Positions 12,401 through 25,458 of a stretch of DNA of 64,000 nucleotides are shown piece after piece. Numbering within the stretch: position 1 is the stretch's first letter; every line of letters starts with the position of its first letter. The stretch covers positions 269,080,001 through 269,144,000 of the forward strand of contig OZ024741.1 of assembly GCA_964016885.1 (NCBI GenBank). The letters are read 5' to 3'. Under the pieces are notes generated by a model. That model did not search any database. It had not been told where the DNA came from and saw nothing but the letters and a program-made list of their open reading frames with translations. This stretch comes from Eledone cirrhosa (lineage: Eukaryota). The translations under genes were made by a program, and so were the position numbers.

Positions 12401-15331
12401 TCTTTCCCGGCGCGCAAGGCCTACAGAGACCAGATTAGCGTATTAGTTAAGCGGTCGTCAACAACAGGTGGTGGTTCGCCATGAAAAGGCCAATTAAAGT
12501 AGAGTCGATTAGGTTTAGCAAAGGAGTAGTGATAGAGGAAAATAGAGTAGAGGGAGAGCTAGTCAGAAAGCTAGAAGAGGCGTTTAGGACAGGCATCGCA
12601 ACCGACGTGCTTGCGGCGAGATTGGCACTCGACCAATTCTTCAACGCAAAACACGAAGGCTGCGTTGTCAGAGCTAGAGCGCGTGCTCTGAAACACGAGG
12701 GGACAAAAGCCGTCCAATGGGCCCGGGTGGCAGAGGCGCGACGTGGAAACAAAGCCACAATTCGGTCTTTGCCTGACCAAAACGGGTGCGTGATGCTCGA
12801 ACCCGAGCGGATGTGTGAAGCTTTTCAGCAGCACTTTGCTGAACTGTTCGGGAGCGGCGGCGGCCCGGATCGGGGCATGGACTTCAGTGCATACCTCGAC
12901 GGACTGCCTCGGCTATCGACGACCGCAGCACAGTGTTGCGAAAAGCCAATAACAGCCGGTGAAATACGGGAAGCGATGGCTAACTGCACAAGAGGTAAAT
13001 CGCCAGGTTTAGATGGTCTGCCCTACGAGCTTTATGCATTTATGCCAGACTTGTTCGGTGACCTCTTGGCAGATGTCTACTGCAACTGGCAGCAGAACGG
13101 GAGCATTCCCAGTTTTGTGAGCCGGGGAGCAGTGGCGCTGCTGCCCGAACAAGGGGGATGTTATTGATAATTTCAGGCCCATAACCCTGCTAAACGCAGA
13201 GTTCAAGATTTTGGCCAAGGTGTTAGCAACGTGTTGGCGCTTGTCGTCAAGGGTCTGGTGGGAGAGGCGCAGACATACGCTATTCCGGACAGATCCATAC
13301 ACGACAACCTCCACCTCATGCGATACATCATAGAGAGGGTGGTTAAGGAACCTGGCAAGGGTGGGGCCCTGATCAACTTGGATCAATCCAAAGCATTCGA
13401 TAGGGAAGACCATCGGTACCTGGCGGCGGTCCTCGAGGCAGCCGGTTTCGGGCCCGTTTTCAGGCGTTGGATCGCAGCAATGTACAGCGACATCTGCTCA
13501 GTTGTGAGGGTGAACGGTCACCTGTCGCAGGGTTGTCCCCTCTCGTCCCACTTGTACGTATTGGCTCTCGAGCCGTTACTGCACAAACTGGGGGGCGATG
13601 AGGGGCGTCCCACGCGAATTAGGATGCGGGAAATCCGAGTCGGCTTACGCTGACGACGTCACCGTGGTGGTGTCGAGCACCAGACACGTCCAGATGCTCG
13701 GCACCGCTCGGCACCCGCTCTCAAGGAATACGAAGCGGTGACAGGAGCAAAGATAAACCAGGAAAAGTCGGTGGGCTTGCAGCTAGGCACCTGGAGAGGC
13801 AAGTCCATGCCGTCCGACAGCGTCGTGGGGCGTTGGACGGACGGACCGGTTAAATTGCTCGGGGTCTGGTTCGGACCGGACCCCAAGATGGAGAAAAACT
13901 GGAACGAGGTGACGATCAGGGTGGGCTCCCTCACCCAGAAATGGGCTGAGAGGAAGCTGTCCCTGAAGGCCGGGCGGAAGTGGCGAATGCGTACATCGCA
14001 TCCGTCATCTGCTACCGCCTCACCGTCGTCCCTTGCTCCAGCCCAACTCTCACCAAAATGGAGCGCCTCCTCTTCCGCTTTTTGTGGAAGGGACGCGCTC
14101 CCATGGTCAGACGATCCATCTGCTGTCAACACCCGTTGCGTGGAGGACTGGGCATGCCATGGCTGATGATGCGCAAACATGCGCTGAGGCTGCGACATCT
14201 CTGGTGCTTCCTTGATGGTGAACGGGTGTGGTCGCCGTTCGCCAGGAACATTTTCCCACAGCTCGTCTCCTTGACGGAGCTGCAGTCCTGGGTCAGGAAA
14301 AGACCGAGGGATAGCGCTTGGAAACTGGAATGTCTCCAGGCGCTCACTGCCCTCTCCCAGTTGGGCACCAGTATCGGTGGAACATCCACCTCGGCGTTCT
14401 ATAGAGGACTAGTGGAGGGGAAGAGCGACGACATTCTCGGAGAGATCCTGGGCGTCGAAGAAGATCAGCTGTTTGTTCTCTTCCGGAGAACTTTCAGCCC
14501 GGGGCCTATGGATAACTTCCAAAAATCCCTGGCCTGGCAGTGCTACCGGGGAGCGCTGCCGGTTCGAGATAAGCTCTACAGGCACGGAAGTGCCGTCAGC
14601 TGAGCCTGTCCGAGATGCGCGCATAGCGACGAAACCGTTGTGCACGCACTCGTTCAGTGCCCGAGCATTGCTGACTTGTGGAGCTATGTCGAACAGTTGC
14701 TGTCACGTGTGGGACTGATCCGGTTGTCGACTGAGTCCATTGTGCAGATGGTCTCGCCGTCTTCCTTCGAGGAGGAAGGGCAGGCGGTTTTCATCTGCCT
14801 GGTGGCCATGGCGAAAGAGATTGTGTGGTGGACAAGGTTAAAAGGATTAAAGACAAACACTTTCCTCTTCGGCGAATCCCTAATTAACTTTTTCAAGTTT
14901 CACTTAAAGAGGAAAATCAGGGTGGAGAGGCAAGTGCTGCTTTCTAGAAAGTTTGTTGAAAGGTGGGTGAATGTAGCGAGAATGGTCCGAGTGAATATAC
15001 GTCTGAATATACGTCTGAATATATGTCTGAATATACGTCTGTAGTTTGAGAGATGGAAAAATTGAGAGGGGGCGCTTGCCCTGGTAGTCAGGGTGGCCGT
15101 GGTCTTTTGTGTGGTGTTCGCTACGAGTAACCCTCGGAGGTTTCCCCCCTATTGGGGAATTTTTCATTGTCTCAATTTTCATTTTATTGTTTATATATAT
15201 GTTTTATGTTTTTTTTTTCTTTTCTTATATAAATAATAAAAATATTTACACGCACAAAACCCACATCGTCCCGTCCTGTCCCGTCTGTGATGTTTTTCTT
15301 GATGTCAGCCCTTGTGGCCAATAAAGAAATC
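9438..15331 (+). mobile_element. Full-length Tx1-like LINE, copy B, disrupted
   Basis: Begins with GG after (ATT)n/GTT. ORF1 ~9647-11615 has CYLCGSKGHLRAFC. ORF2 11648-15044 has APE/RT motifs. Ends GGCCAATAAAGAAATC(ATT)3. Confidence 0.92.
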
Positions 15332-15340
15332 ATTATTATT

Positions 15341-15542
15341 GTGGATTGGCAGTATCGGTAGAGGGTCGGACGCCATGCTTTCCAGCATAGTTACGTCCCT
15401 TTACGATCTGAGTTCAAATCCTGCCGAGGTTGACTTTGCCTTTCATCCTTACGGGGTCGATAAAATAAAGTACCAGTAATGCACTGGGTAATAGCTGGCC
15501 TTGTGCCTAAAGTAGAAACAATTATTATTATTATTATTATTA
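15341..15542 (+). mobile_element. tRNA-derived SINE (main family, Meta-domain-like core) with (ATT)n tail
   Basis: A box TGGCAGTATCGG, B box GAGTTCAAATCC, core CTTTGCCTTTCATCCTTACGGGGTCGATAAAAT. Many other copies occur in the window. Confidence 0.9.
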
Positions 15543-18500
15543 CAGTTGCATTTATCTTGCTTTATGTTCATACGAGTTATCACCAAGTCACAACCAGTGA
15601 CCTCAAGAGACAACAAGGTCCGCCATGTTCAAGAAAGAACATACATACTCACACATGCATCTTTAGTGTTTAGACTTGTGATGTACTTATATTGACAGAA
15701 TCTTCCTTAGTATATGGGCAGTTCCCATTAGTACTATCTTTTGTATTTCTCCTATACGCGGGTTTCCTGGGATTTGCGATAAGTAATCAATAGACCCCTT
15801 AGGTATCATTCCCAGAGCGCCTACAACCACTGGTATTGTTTTAGTTCTCAATTTCCACATTTTTCAAATTTCTATCTCCAGGTCCTTATACTTGCTCAAT
15901 TTTTCAAATGTTTTTATAGATACATTCTTGTGTATTGGAACAGACATATCAATTAGCAGGCATACCCTCTTTTGAAAGTCCTTCAATATTATATCAGGTC
16001 TATTTGCATCTATTTTTCGGTCTGTTTGGATGCTAAAGTTCCACAAGATTGAGATGTGATCTTTTTCAAGTATGGGAGGTGGTTGATGCTCCCACCAATT
16101 CTTTTGATGGGGCAGGTCAAAATGCTTACACATTATCCAATGTATGTATTGTGCAGCTCTGTCATGCCTGTTTAGGTATTCGGTTGGAGCTATAGGACTG
16201 CGCATTGAAATTATATGGTCAATGGTCTCTGGTTGTTTTTTGCATACACGGCATAATGGGCTGCACCCATTTTTTATTATGTTGGCTTGGTAATTTTTTG
16301 TTGGCAGACACTGATCTTGTGCCGATATAATCAGTCCTTCAGTCTCCGATTTCAGTCCAGAGGATGCCAACCACTGATGGGCTAAATTTTTGTCAACATC
16401 AGGATTGTTAGCTCGCTCTGGGTATTTTCCATACACAGGCTTTTCTTGCCATTTCTTAGCCAGTTTCTGTAGCAGTTCTTTCTTTGCAGTTACTTTTACC
16501 TGCTTTGCTTTTTCTGTGTTTTCCATTTCAGCAGTAAATGGGACTTCTGAAATTTGTAGTCCATTACTGTATCTTTGTGCATCTTTTGAAATGGAATATG
16601 ATCTTTTGATGCTTTCGTGTTTCAAAACGAGTTTGATCATCCAATCATGTGATTCCCTTAGATATGTAGATAATCCAATTGTTGCAGTTTTCAACGCAAT
16701 GTCTAACTGGATTAACCCACGTCCTCCTTCTTTCCTAGGGAGATATATTCTATCTATATCTGCCTTAGGGTGATGCATTCTGTGCATGGTTAAGAATTTT
16801 CGAATTTTTGTATCGAGCCTACGGATCTCTGTGCTTGACCAGTTGATGACATTGTAACTGTAGGTTACTACTGGTATGGCAAGCGTGTTTATGGCATCGA
16901 TCCTATTCCTTGCATTCAATTCCGTTCTTAAGATTGCTCTTACTCTGCGGTAACATTCCTTCCTTATCCTTTCCCTCATTGTCGAGTGCTTGATTCCGTC
17001 TCCTTCACAAACACCTAGATATTTGTAAGTTTTTTCTTGATCAAGTTCTCTTATCACGTTCCCCCGATCAAGATTAATGTCTGAACTCTTCAGCAGCTTT
17101 CCTCTGGTGAACGTTGCTTTGGCGCATTTATCTAGTCCAAACTCCATTTTAATGTCATCACTGAACTGCTTCACAGTGGATAATAGCCCTTGCAATTGTT
17201 TCTCATTTTTTGCAAATAGTTTCAGGTCATCCATGTAGAACAGGTGATTAATGGTTTTGTCATAGACTTTATATCCATGTTTTGTTTCATTGAGCATTTT
17301 ACTTAATGGTATAAGTGCGATGCAGAATAAAAGCGGTGATAAAGAGTCACCCAGAAAAATTCCACAATTAATATTAACTTCTCCAGCTTCCAGTGATTTT
17401 GTTTCACTATTCAAAAGGAGTGTTGTTTTCCATGTCTTCATACTGAATGACAAAAACCTCCTGATAACGGGGGATATTTTGAAAATCTTTAAACATTTTT
17501 CAATCCAACTGTGTGGCAAACTATCGAATGCTTTCTAATAATCTATCCAAGCAATCGATAGATTTTTGTGTCTATTATGACAATCTTCCAGTATCATTTT
17601 GTTAACCAGAAGCTGATCCTTACAGCCATATGAGCCCCGTTTACACCCTTTCTGCTCAATGGGAAATAGGTCATTTGTTATCAGGTGGTCATATGTGTAT
17701 TCAGTTAGGACTGATGTTAAAATTTTATACATTGTGGTCAAGCAAGTTATCGGTCTGTAATTTTTGGGATTGTTTGTCTCATCATTCTTCGGAAGCAGGA
17801 ATGTAATGCCGTTAACTAGCCATGATGGTATCTTTTCTGGCTCCTTAACTATTTCATTGTAAAGTTGGGCTAACAGCTCATGAGACTCTGTGAAGGCATT
17901 TATCCAAAAGTTTTGTATTTTGTCTTTTCCTGGGGATTTCCATTTGATGGTTTTTCTTAGAGCCAAGCGCAACTGTTCAACTGTTATATTTTCCCATGTT
18001 TGTTCCTCAAGGTGAGCTGTATCTTTCATTTGTCTGTCTATCCATGGGGCATGTATGTTATGAACTTTTTCTTCGGCCCAGATCTTTTCCCAGAATTCTT
18101 GCACTTCCTCCTTGGGTGGTATTGATTTAGCAGTTATTGTTGACTTACCAATTTTTCTGTAGAAGTTTCTTTGGTTGTTTTTGAACATATTATTGTCCTT
18201 ATAGAATCTAGATCGTTTTTCAAAGCGCCTTATACGAGCAGCTTTGGCCGACACTTTTTGCTTGATTATTTCTATCAGCATGTCTATGTCACATGTTGAT
18301 TTTATACTGTACTTTTTTTTCAATTTTCTAAGTTTAGTTTGTTTAACATGTTCACCTACTTTATAGTTTGTTAAAATTTCTATGTCAGATCGGAGAAGGT
18401 TTATTTGGCGATTGATGTTCTCTTGCCAAGTAGATTTCTTGTGGGAATTCCTTTGTTTTTTCATCTTCACTCCACATAAGTGAGTGGTGACTTTAGCCGA

Positions 18501-18960
18501 TGCATAATAGAGATGATTTAAATCAGTAATGTTTAGTTTGTTTGTGATGATAATGTTTTTGAGAATTATGTTAGTCTTGTGTATTATCTTTTGGTTCTGT
18601 TTGGAGTTCTGGATCTTAGGGAGGGTGTCTCGTTGCCCCATGTCAGATTCTTTCATTTTCATCCATTCGATCATAATTTCATCCTTCAAGTTGGCAAGTT
18701 CATTCTCATTCATTTCTTTATCATTTACGATCTCATTATTTTCATTTGGAGTTTCATCCTGAGCATGCACTCCCTCCTCTTTTTCGATCCTTTCTTTAAT
18801 TTGTTCTGTTGCCAGTGATTCCGCCCCAACCCTGGGGTTCGAAGTGTTACAGTTTACCTCGTTTTCACTGACACATGTTTCATTTTCCCTTCGCTGACTT
18901 TGTGCTAATAGCTTGATCTGATCAATTTATTATCAAGCTAATAGCTTGATCTGATCAATT
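15543..18960 (-). mobile_element. R4/Dong-like RLE non-LTR retrotransposon, family 1, 5'-truncated, disrupted
   Basis: KSPGKD, NYRPITCL, EQKGC, GIFLGDSLSPLLF, FYMDDLKL, YKYLG, CRVC...HI, NRPDI...IDMSVP; frame ends GTAHILRKILSI* at ~15687. (ATT)n lies on both sides. Confidence 0.9.
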
Positions 18961-18988
18961 TATTATTATTATTATTATTGTTGTTATT

Positions 18989-19407
18989 CCTTGAATCTCA
19001 GTCATTGATGTTGGTTAACTGGAAAGTCCGTTGGATTGAATATCAAGCCACTACCTGCAGCCTCAGATATTCAGGACGTATCGGAGGGTTCTTGCTGTTC
19101 CAAGCAAGCATGCCTTTTGAAGCGTTCCAAAAAGCGTGAAGGGGCCGATTTTCTTTAACCATCCCTGGAAACTTTTGGAGATAGTCCCCAGTGCGCCTAT
19201 GACAATCGGGATCACTTTGACTTCATGGCAGTTCCAAATCCTTTTCACCTCCCACTTTAGGTCCTGGTATCGGTTAATTTTCTCCCTCTCCTTCTCTTGC
19301 ACTCTCGTGTCGAACGGGCAGGCCACATCCACAATCAGGCACGATCTTTTTTCTTTGTCCACAACCACCAGGTCTTTTTTCTTTGTCCACAACCACCAGG
19401 TCAGGTC

Positions 19408-19408
<1 letters not shown>
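18989..19408 (-). mobile_element. R4/Dong-like family 2, short 5'-truncated copy (RLE end + 3' UTR)
   Basis: Near-identical to 25459-25850. DLVVVDK...IVDVACP...GTARTLRYVL. Flanked by ATT arrays. Confidence 0.9.

Positions 19409-19462
<54 letters not shown>
19409..19462. repeat. (ATT)n microsatellite between Dong fragment and Tx1 copy C
   Basis: Pure trinucleotide run. Similar runs lie at 9417-9431, 15521-15542, 18958-18988, 30348-30362, 31345-31413, 34905-34922 and 35709-35720. Confidence 0.95.
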
Positions 19463-19465
<3 letters not shown>

Positions 19466-22400
19466 ATTGAATGCTATGGTTGACTGAGGCTCGGCTCTGT
19501 AAGGTATTGTAAATTTTGACCGCTATAACAATTGTAAATTATTTAAAACTTTAACCAAATTGTAGACAAAAACACCCTCCTCCCCGTGAGAGGGGTCTTT
19601 CTGCCTGTTATTTGGCCCTTCGTGGTTAAATAACTGCTTATTGGGGTTTTGTGCCCAATATTTATTTCAAACAAAAAAAAACATGGCTACGAAAAAGAAT
19701 TTTCACAAGTCACTCCCACTCATTCCGTCTTCTTCTTCCTCAATCGTCACTTCAGCAGAGAGAAGATTGTCTCTCTCCCTCCCTTCTCTAAATGTGTCTC
19801 TCTCCCTCCCTTCTCTTTCGCAAGCGACGCCAGTAAAGAAAAATCACGTGCAAAGCATGGAACATTTCTCCACGACGACGACAATGATGAAAAAGGTGTG
19901 CGTTAAATACGAAAACCCATTTCATTCGTTTGACGTCATGAATAATAGCAGTAGCAGCCGTAATAACAGCAGCAGCAGCAGTGAATAGGAAAACAACAGT
20001 AGCAGCCGAAACAGCATCAGCAGCAGCATAAACAACAACAGCATTAGCAGCAACAGCAACAACAACAGCAGCAGCAGCAACAACAACAACCACAGCAACA
20101 GCGGCAGCGGCAGTAGTCGTAGTACCAGCAGCAACAACAAAAGTAACAGCAGCTCTGACGACAACAACAACAACAACAACAGCAGCAAAGAAAAACCAAT
20201 CTCGTTTGCAGGTATCGCAAAGAACCTGGAAACCATCCTCATAACAAATGAGGAATTACAGGAAGCGAAGAAGATGGTGACGAAAACCGGACACCGAGCA
20301 ATCTGCAAGGCAGCCGAAAAACTTTTCGAAACCCAACAGCACTGTACGGTCACGTACCGTACAGTAAGCACAAAATCCCGTAGGGTTGAAAGAGCCACAG
20401 AGGCTCAAATACAAAAAGCCTTAGGGTCTGTGTGGCAGCGGAAAACGCATATCACCCGAGGCAAGAAATATGCCACCGTAGACGTGCTTTTTGCCACACC
20501 CCAGGAGGCAAAGGCTCAATCCTTAGTGACCCTAAGGAGCGAGGAAATGGTGTTGGTGCCCTCCTACTGCGGGCAAAAAATTGTGAGGGTTAAACTTACC
20601 CACGTCCCTCGCGTCTGTCCTCGTCGGAATCGAGGACAAATCAACTGTACTGCAAGTACAGAAAAGAGTAAGAGAAGATTGGGTCGGCACCTCCATTGAG
20701 ATGTTAATCCAAACCAACCAGGAGTGCATCGAAGCTATCCCGGATGTGATAAACTTCGATAACGGCACTCAACTGCCCATAAGTGTTGAGGGCAAACGCC
20801 CGAAATGCTTTCGCTGTGGATCGAAGACTCACCTCAGGGCCTTCTGCAACGAGAAGACCCTGAGAAAGGAAAAAAAAAACCCTCCTTCCGAAACCGGCTC
20901 CACTGCTACCAGCAACAGGACAAGCGGCAACCAGGAACGATAGGTCCGTGGTACCATACCCACGCCACGGAAATCAAGAACAGCAGCAGCAGTGGAAATA
21001 TTAACAACAACAACACTAATACCAACTGCAGCTCCAACAGAGACTCCACTGCAAACATCACCAACAACAACAAGTGAAAGAGTGGAGCTGGTACCCCTAC
21101 CCGAACTCATAGAATCAGACATGGAGTGTGAGGTGGGAGAGGGATGGCAAAAGGTCGCAAGAAGGCACAAACGCAGAAGCAGCGCATCGTCGCCTTCGAA
21201 AAGGGAGGAAAAAAATGAAAAAGGGGTAAAGGCTACTGCAAAGAGACTCACAGCAGCAACACCACCAACACAATCACCACCCACACTAGCACCACCATCA
21301 CCACCGGCGACAACCCCACCGCCAACAACAACAACACCTTCAACACCAACACCACAAGCACCAACATCGCAAACACAACAACAAAACACACACACACACA
21401 GCAACAACGACAAGAAAATAGCAGAACCATACCCCACCCCCAGAAAAACAAATGCACAGCAATAAATACACACAACAAGAAACTAATGACTTACATAATT
21501 GAACACACAGACATTTCACAGCACGACTACATAATACCAGCACCAATCAAAACACCAACGAACATAAGACTGGTAAGAATTACACAGTAACAATACACAA
21601 ACAATAAAACGAAATTCCCCAACGCAGTTGGTGATTTCAGAGACCTAGGAGGGACTCTCAACAGGAGAGTATATTCGGACATACTCATAGAAGAGCCGAC
21701 GACCAGCCGAAGGGACGATTCAACGGTCTTTTCAACAGACGATCAAGTGAAAAGGGATGGAGAAACCATCCTTCCTCTACGAAAAGTACGGTAAGTGGTC
21801 TTTCCCATCTTTTCCACTCCATTTTAAACATGACCTCACTCAGAATGCGCGTGGCTTGGGGTCGTCATGGAAGAAGGGCCACCTGCTCAACGACCTCAGG
21901 TCACTAAACATAGATGTGGTGGCCATCAGCGAGACCAGAATCTCCGAAGCACGGGCCTTCGCACCGATCTTCGGCGGCTAGGATGTGTACGCATCTCCCA
22001 GCCGTCCTGGATCGGTGGGAGGAGTTGCTGTGCTTTTTCGGAGAGGTTTGGATCTCGCCATACGGGCCATCTTCCTGGACCCAGAGGGTAAGTTGGTGGT
22101 GCTGGACGTGACAAGCGGAGACGGGCAAGCTTTCAGGCTAGTGACCGTCTATGCCCCGACAGGACCAGGGCGGCCTGATTTCTTCCGGCGTCTGGAGACC
22201 TTTCTTGGAACGTCCCGCTCTTTAGTGTTAGAGGGCGACTGAAACGGGATCTTAGATGCACGCTGGGACTGTATGGGATTAGCGGATAGGGGTGGAGTGT
22301 GGAAGAGCCTCACCAACCTGCTCAAGCGTTTTCAACTGTCTGACAGGTACCGATTGGATTTCCCGAATGTGCCAATGTGGACTTGGACAAATCGCATAGG

Positions 22401-25400
22401 GTCATCCAGATCATATCTAGATAGAGTATTTTGAAGGGAAATAGATAGGTCTAGCATCGGTTGTCCACAATTCAAGATAGTCAGCTACACGGACCACATA
22501 TTCGTGATCTGTGTGCTTGACTTAGATAGGCTTCATAGACGAGGACCCGGCTACTGGAAGTTAAACGCGTCCTTACCAGCGCGCAAGGCCTACAGAGACC
22601 GGATTAGCGAACTAGTTAAGCGGGCGTTGACGAGGGCCATCGCCAACAACCAGTGGTGGTTTGCTCTGAAAAGAGCGATTAGAATAGGGTCCATTAGGTT
22701 TAGTAAGGCTTTAGCAATAGAGAAAAATAGGGCAGAGAGAGAACTAGTTAGAAAATTAGACGAGGCGCTTAGTAAAGGCACCGCGACCGACGTACTTGCG
22801 GCGAAATTGGTCCTTGACCAATTCTTCAATGCAAAGCACGAAGGCTGCGTTGTCAGAGCTAGGGTGCTTGCTCTCAGACACGAGGGGACGAAAGCCGTTC
22901 AATGGGCGCGAGTGGCGGAGACGCGTCTTTGGTGGACCACGACGAGCGCATGCTACTCGATCCCGGGCAAATGAGTGAATCTTTTCAGCGACACTTCGCT
23001 CAGCTGTTCGGCGGCAGCGGTGGGCCGGGTCGAGGGATGGACTTTAGTGTCTACCTCGACGGACTGCCGCGGCTTTCGGCCACAGAGCGGAGTGTTGCGA
23101 AAAGCCGATAACAGCCGCTGAAGTACGGGAGGCAATGACTGGCTGCATAAGGGGTAAATTGCCTGGTTTGGATGGTCTGCCCTATGAACTTTACGTACAG
23201 ATGCTAGACTTGTTCGGAGGCCTCTTGGCGGACGTCTACTGCAACTGGCAACAGAACGGGAGAATTCCCAGCTCCGTGAGCCGAGGAGCGGTGGTACTGC
23301 TGAGAAAGGATCCGAACAAGGGGGATAACATAGATAATTTCAGGCCCATAACTCTGCTTAACACGGAGTTCAAGATTTTGGCCAAGGTGCTAGCAAAGAG
23401 GTTGGCGCTTGTCGTTGGTGGTCTGGTGGGAGAGGCGCAGACATGCGCCATTCCCGACAGATCCATCCACGACAACCTCCACCTCATGCGATACATCGTA
23501 GAGAGGGTAGCTAAGGAACCTGGCACGGGTGGGTCTTTGATCAATTTAGATCAGTTGAAAGCTTTCGATAGGGTTGACCATCGTTACCTAACTGCAGTCC
23601 TGAGGGCGGATGGCTTTGGGCCCGTCTTCAGAGGCTGGAACGCTGCCATGCACAGTGACATCTGCTCTGTGGTGAAAGTGAACGGTCACCTTTCGGAACC
23701 GTTCAACATCATGCGCTCGGTCTGACAAGGATGTCCCCTCTCGTCCCTCTTGTACGTATTGACTCTCGAGCCATTACTGCACAAACTGGAGACGTTGAGG
23801 GGCGTCCCGCGCGAACTAGGATGCGGAAGATCCGTATCAGCATATGCGGACGATGTCACCATAGTGGTGTCGAACGCCAAACACATTCGAGGCGATCGGC
23901 ACTACACTAAGAGAATACGAAGCGGTGACAGGAGCAATAATCAACCAGGAAAAGTCAGTGGGCCTGCAGCTCGGCACCTGGAGAAGCACGTCCATGCCGT
24001 CCAACAACGTCGTCGGACGCTGGACGGACGGACCGGTTAAATTGCTAGGGGTCTGGTTCGGTCCGGACCGCCAGACGGACAAAAACTGGGACGAGGTGAC
24101 GAGCAGGGTGGCTTCTCTCACCCAGAAATGGGCGGAGAGGAAGCTATTCCTGAAATGTCGAGCGGAGGTGGCGAATGCGTACATCTGCTACCGCCTGACC
24201 GTCATACCTTGTCCTAAGCCCCGCCTGACTGCTGTGGAGCGTTTGCTCTTTCGCTTTTTGTGGAAGGGACGCGCTCCGATGGTCAGGCGGTCCATCTGTT
24301 GTCAACACCCGCTACGTGGAGGGCTGGGCATGCCGTGGCTGATGATGCGCAGACATGCGCTCAGGCTACGACATCTCCACCTCTTCCTCGACGGTGATCT
24401 GGTGTGGTCACTGTTTGCTAGACACGTATTTCTCCAGCTCGTTTCCTTGACCGAACTGCAGTCCTGGGTCAAGCGAAGACCGAGAGGGAGCGCCAGGAGA
24501 CTGGAATGTCTTCAGGCGCTCACAGCCCTCGACCAATCGGGCAATGTGATCGGTGGAAACTCCAACTCGGCGTTCTATAGAGGATTAGTGTAGGGGAAGA
24601 GCGACGACGTACTTGGGGAAACTCTAGGCGTCGACGAAAATCAACTAGCCAATCTCTTCGGAAGAACTTTCGGGCCGGGGCCTATGGACAACTTCCAGAA
24701 ATCTCTGGCCTGGCAGTGCTACCGAGGAGCCTTGCCAGTTCGAGATAAACTCTACAGGCATGGAGGTGCCGTCAGCCGGGCATGTCCGAGATGCGCGCAG
24801 GGCGACGAAACCGTCCTGCACGCACTCGTCCAGTGTCCGAGCTTTGCTGACTTGTGGGTTTATGTCGAACACCTGCTGTCGCGTGTAGGACGGATCCGGC
24901 TATCATCTGAGTCCATCGTGAGGATTGCCCCGCCCTCTTCCTTTAGCCGGGAAGCGCAGGCAGTTTTTATCTGTCTGGTGGCCATGGCGAAAGAGATAGT
25001 ATGGTGGACACGTTTGAAAGGGCTGAAGACGAGCACTTACCTCTTTGGTGATGCCCTGATTGACTTTTTCAAATTTCATTTGAAAAGGAAAATCAGAGTA
25101 GAGAGGGAAGTGCTCTCGTCCCAGCATTTTGTTGAAAGATGTGTGAGAGAAGCAAGAATGGCCCGAGTGAATGGGCCTACTCTGAGTATATATCTGTTAA
25201 TTAAAGGTGGAAAACTGGGAGAGGGCACTTGCCTTGGTGGTCAGGGTCACTGTGGCCTTTTACTGGGCTTTCTCCACAAATGTCTCTCCGAAGTCTCCCC
25301 CCTATTTGGGAATTTTTCATTGTTATTTTTTTTGTTACATCCTCTGTTTTTGTTTTGTTACACGCAGAAATGTCCATTTGTACCGTCCTGTATTGTCCTG

Positions 25401-25452
25401 CACTGTCCTTAATGTCTACTTTATGTAAACCCTTGTGGTTAATAAAGAAATC
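19463..25452 (+). mobile_element. Full-length Tx1-like LINE, copy C, disrupted
   Basis: ORF1 ~19683-21794 has CFRCGSKTHLRAFC. ORF2 runs from ATG 21830 to ~25200 with APE/RT motifs and stops. Ends GGTTAATAAAGAAATC-ATTATT. Confidence 0.92.
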
Positions 25453-25458
25453 ATTATT

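Noticed and set aside
14993-15041. RLNI peptide repeat at the end of copy B ORF2
   Set aside because: A copy-specific 12-bp slippage (GAATATACGTCT) absent from the other copies.
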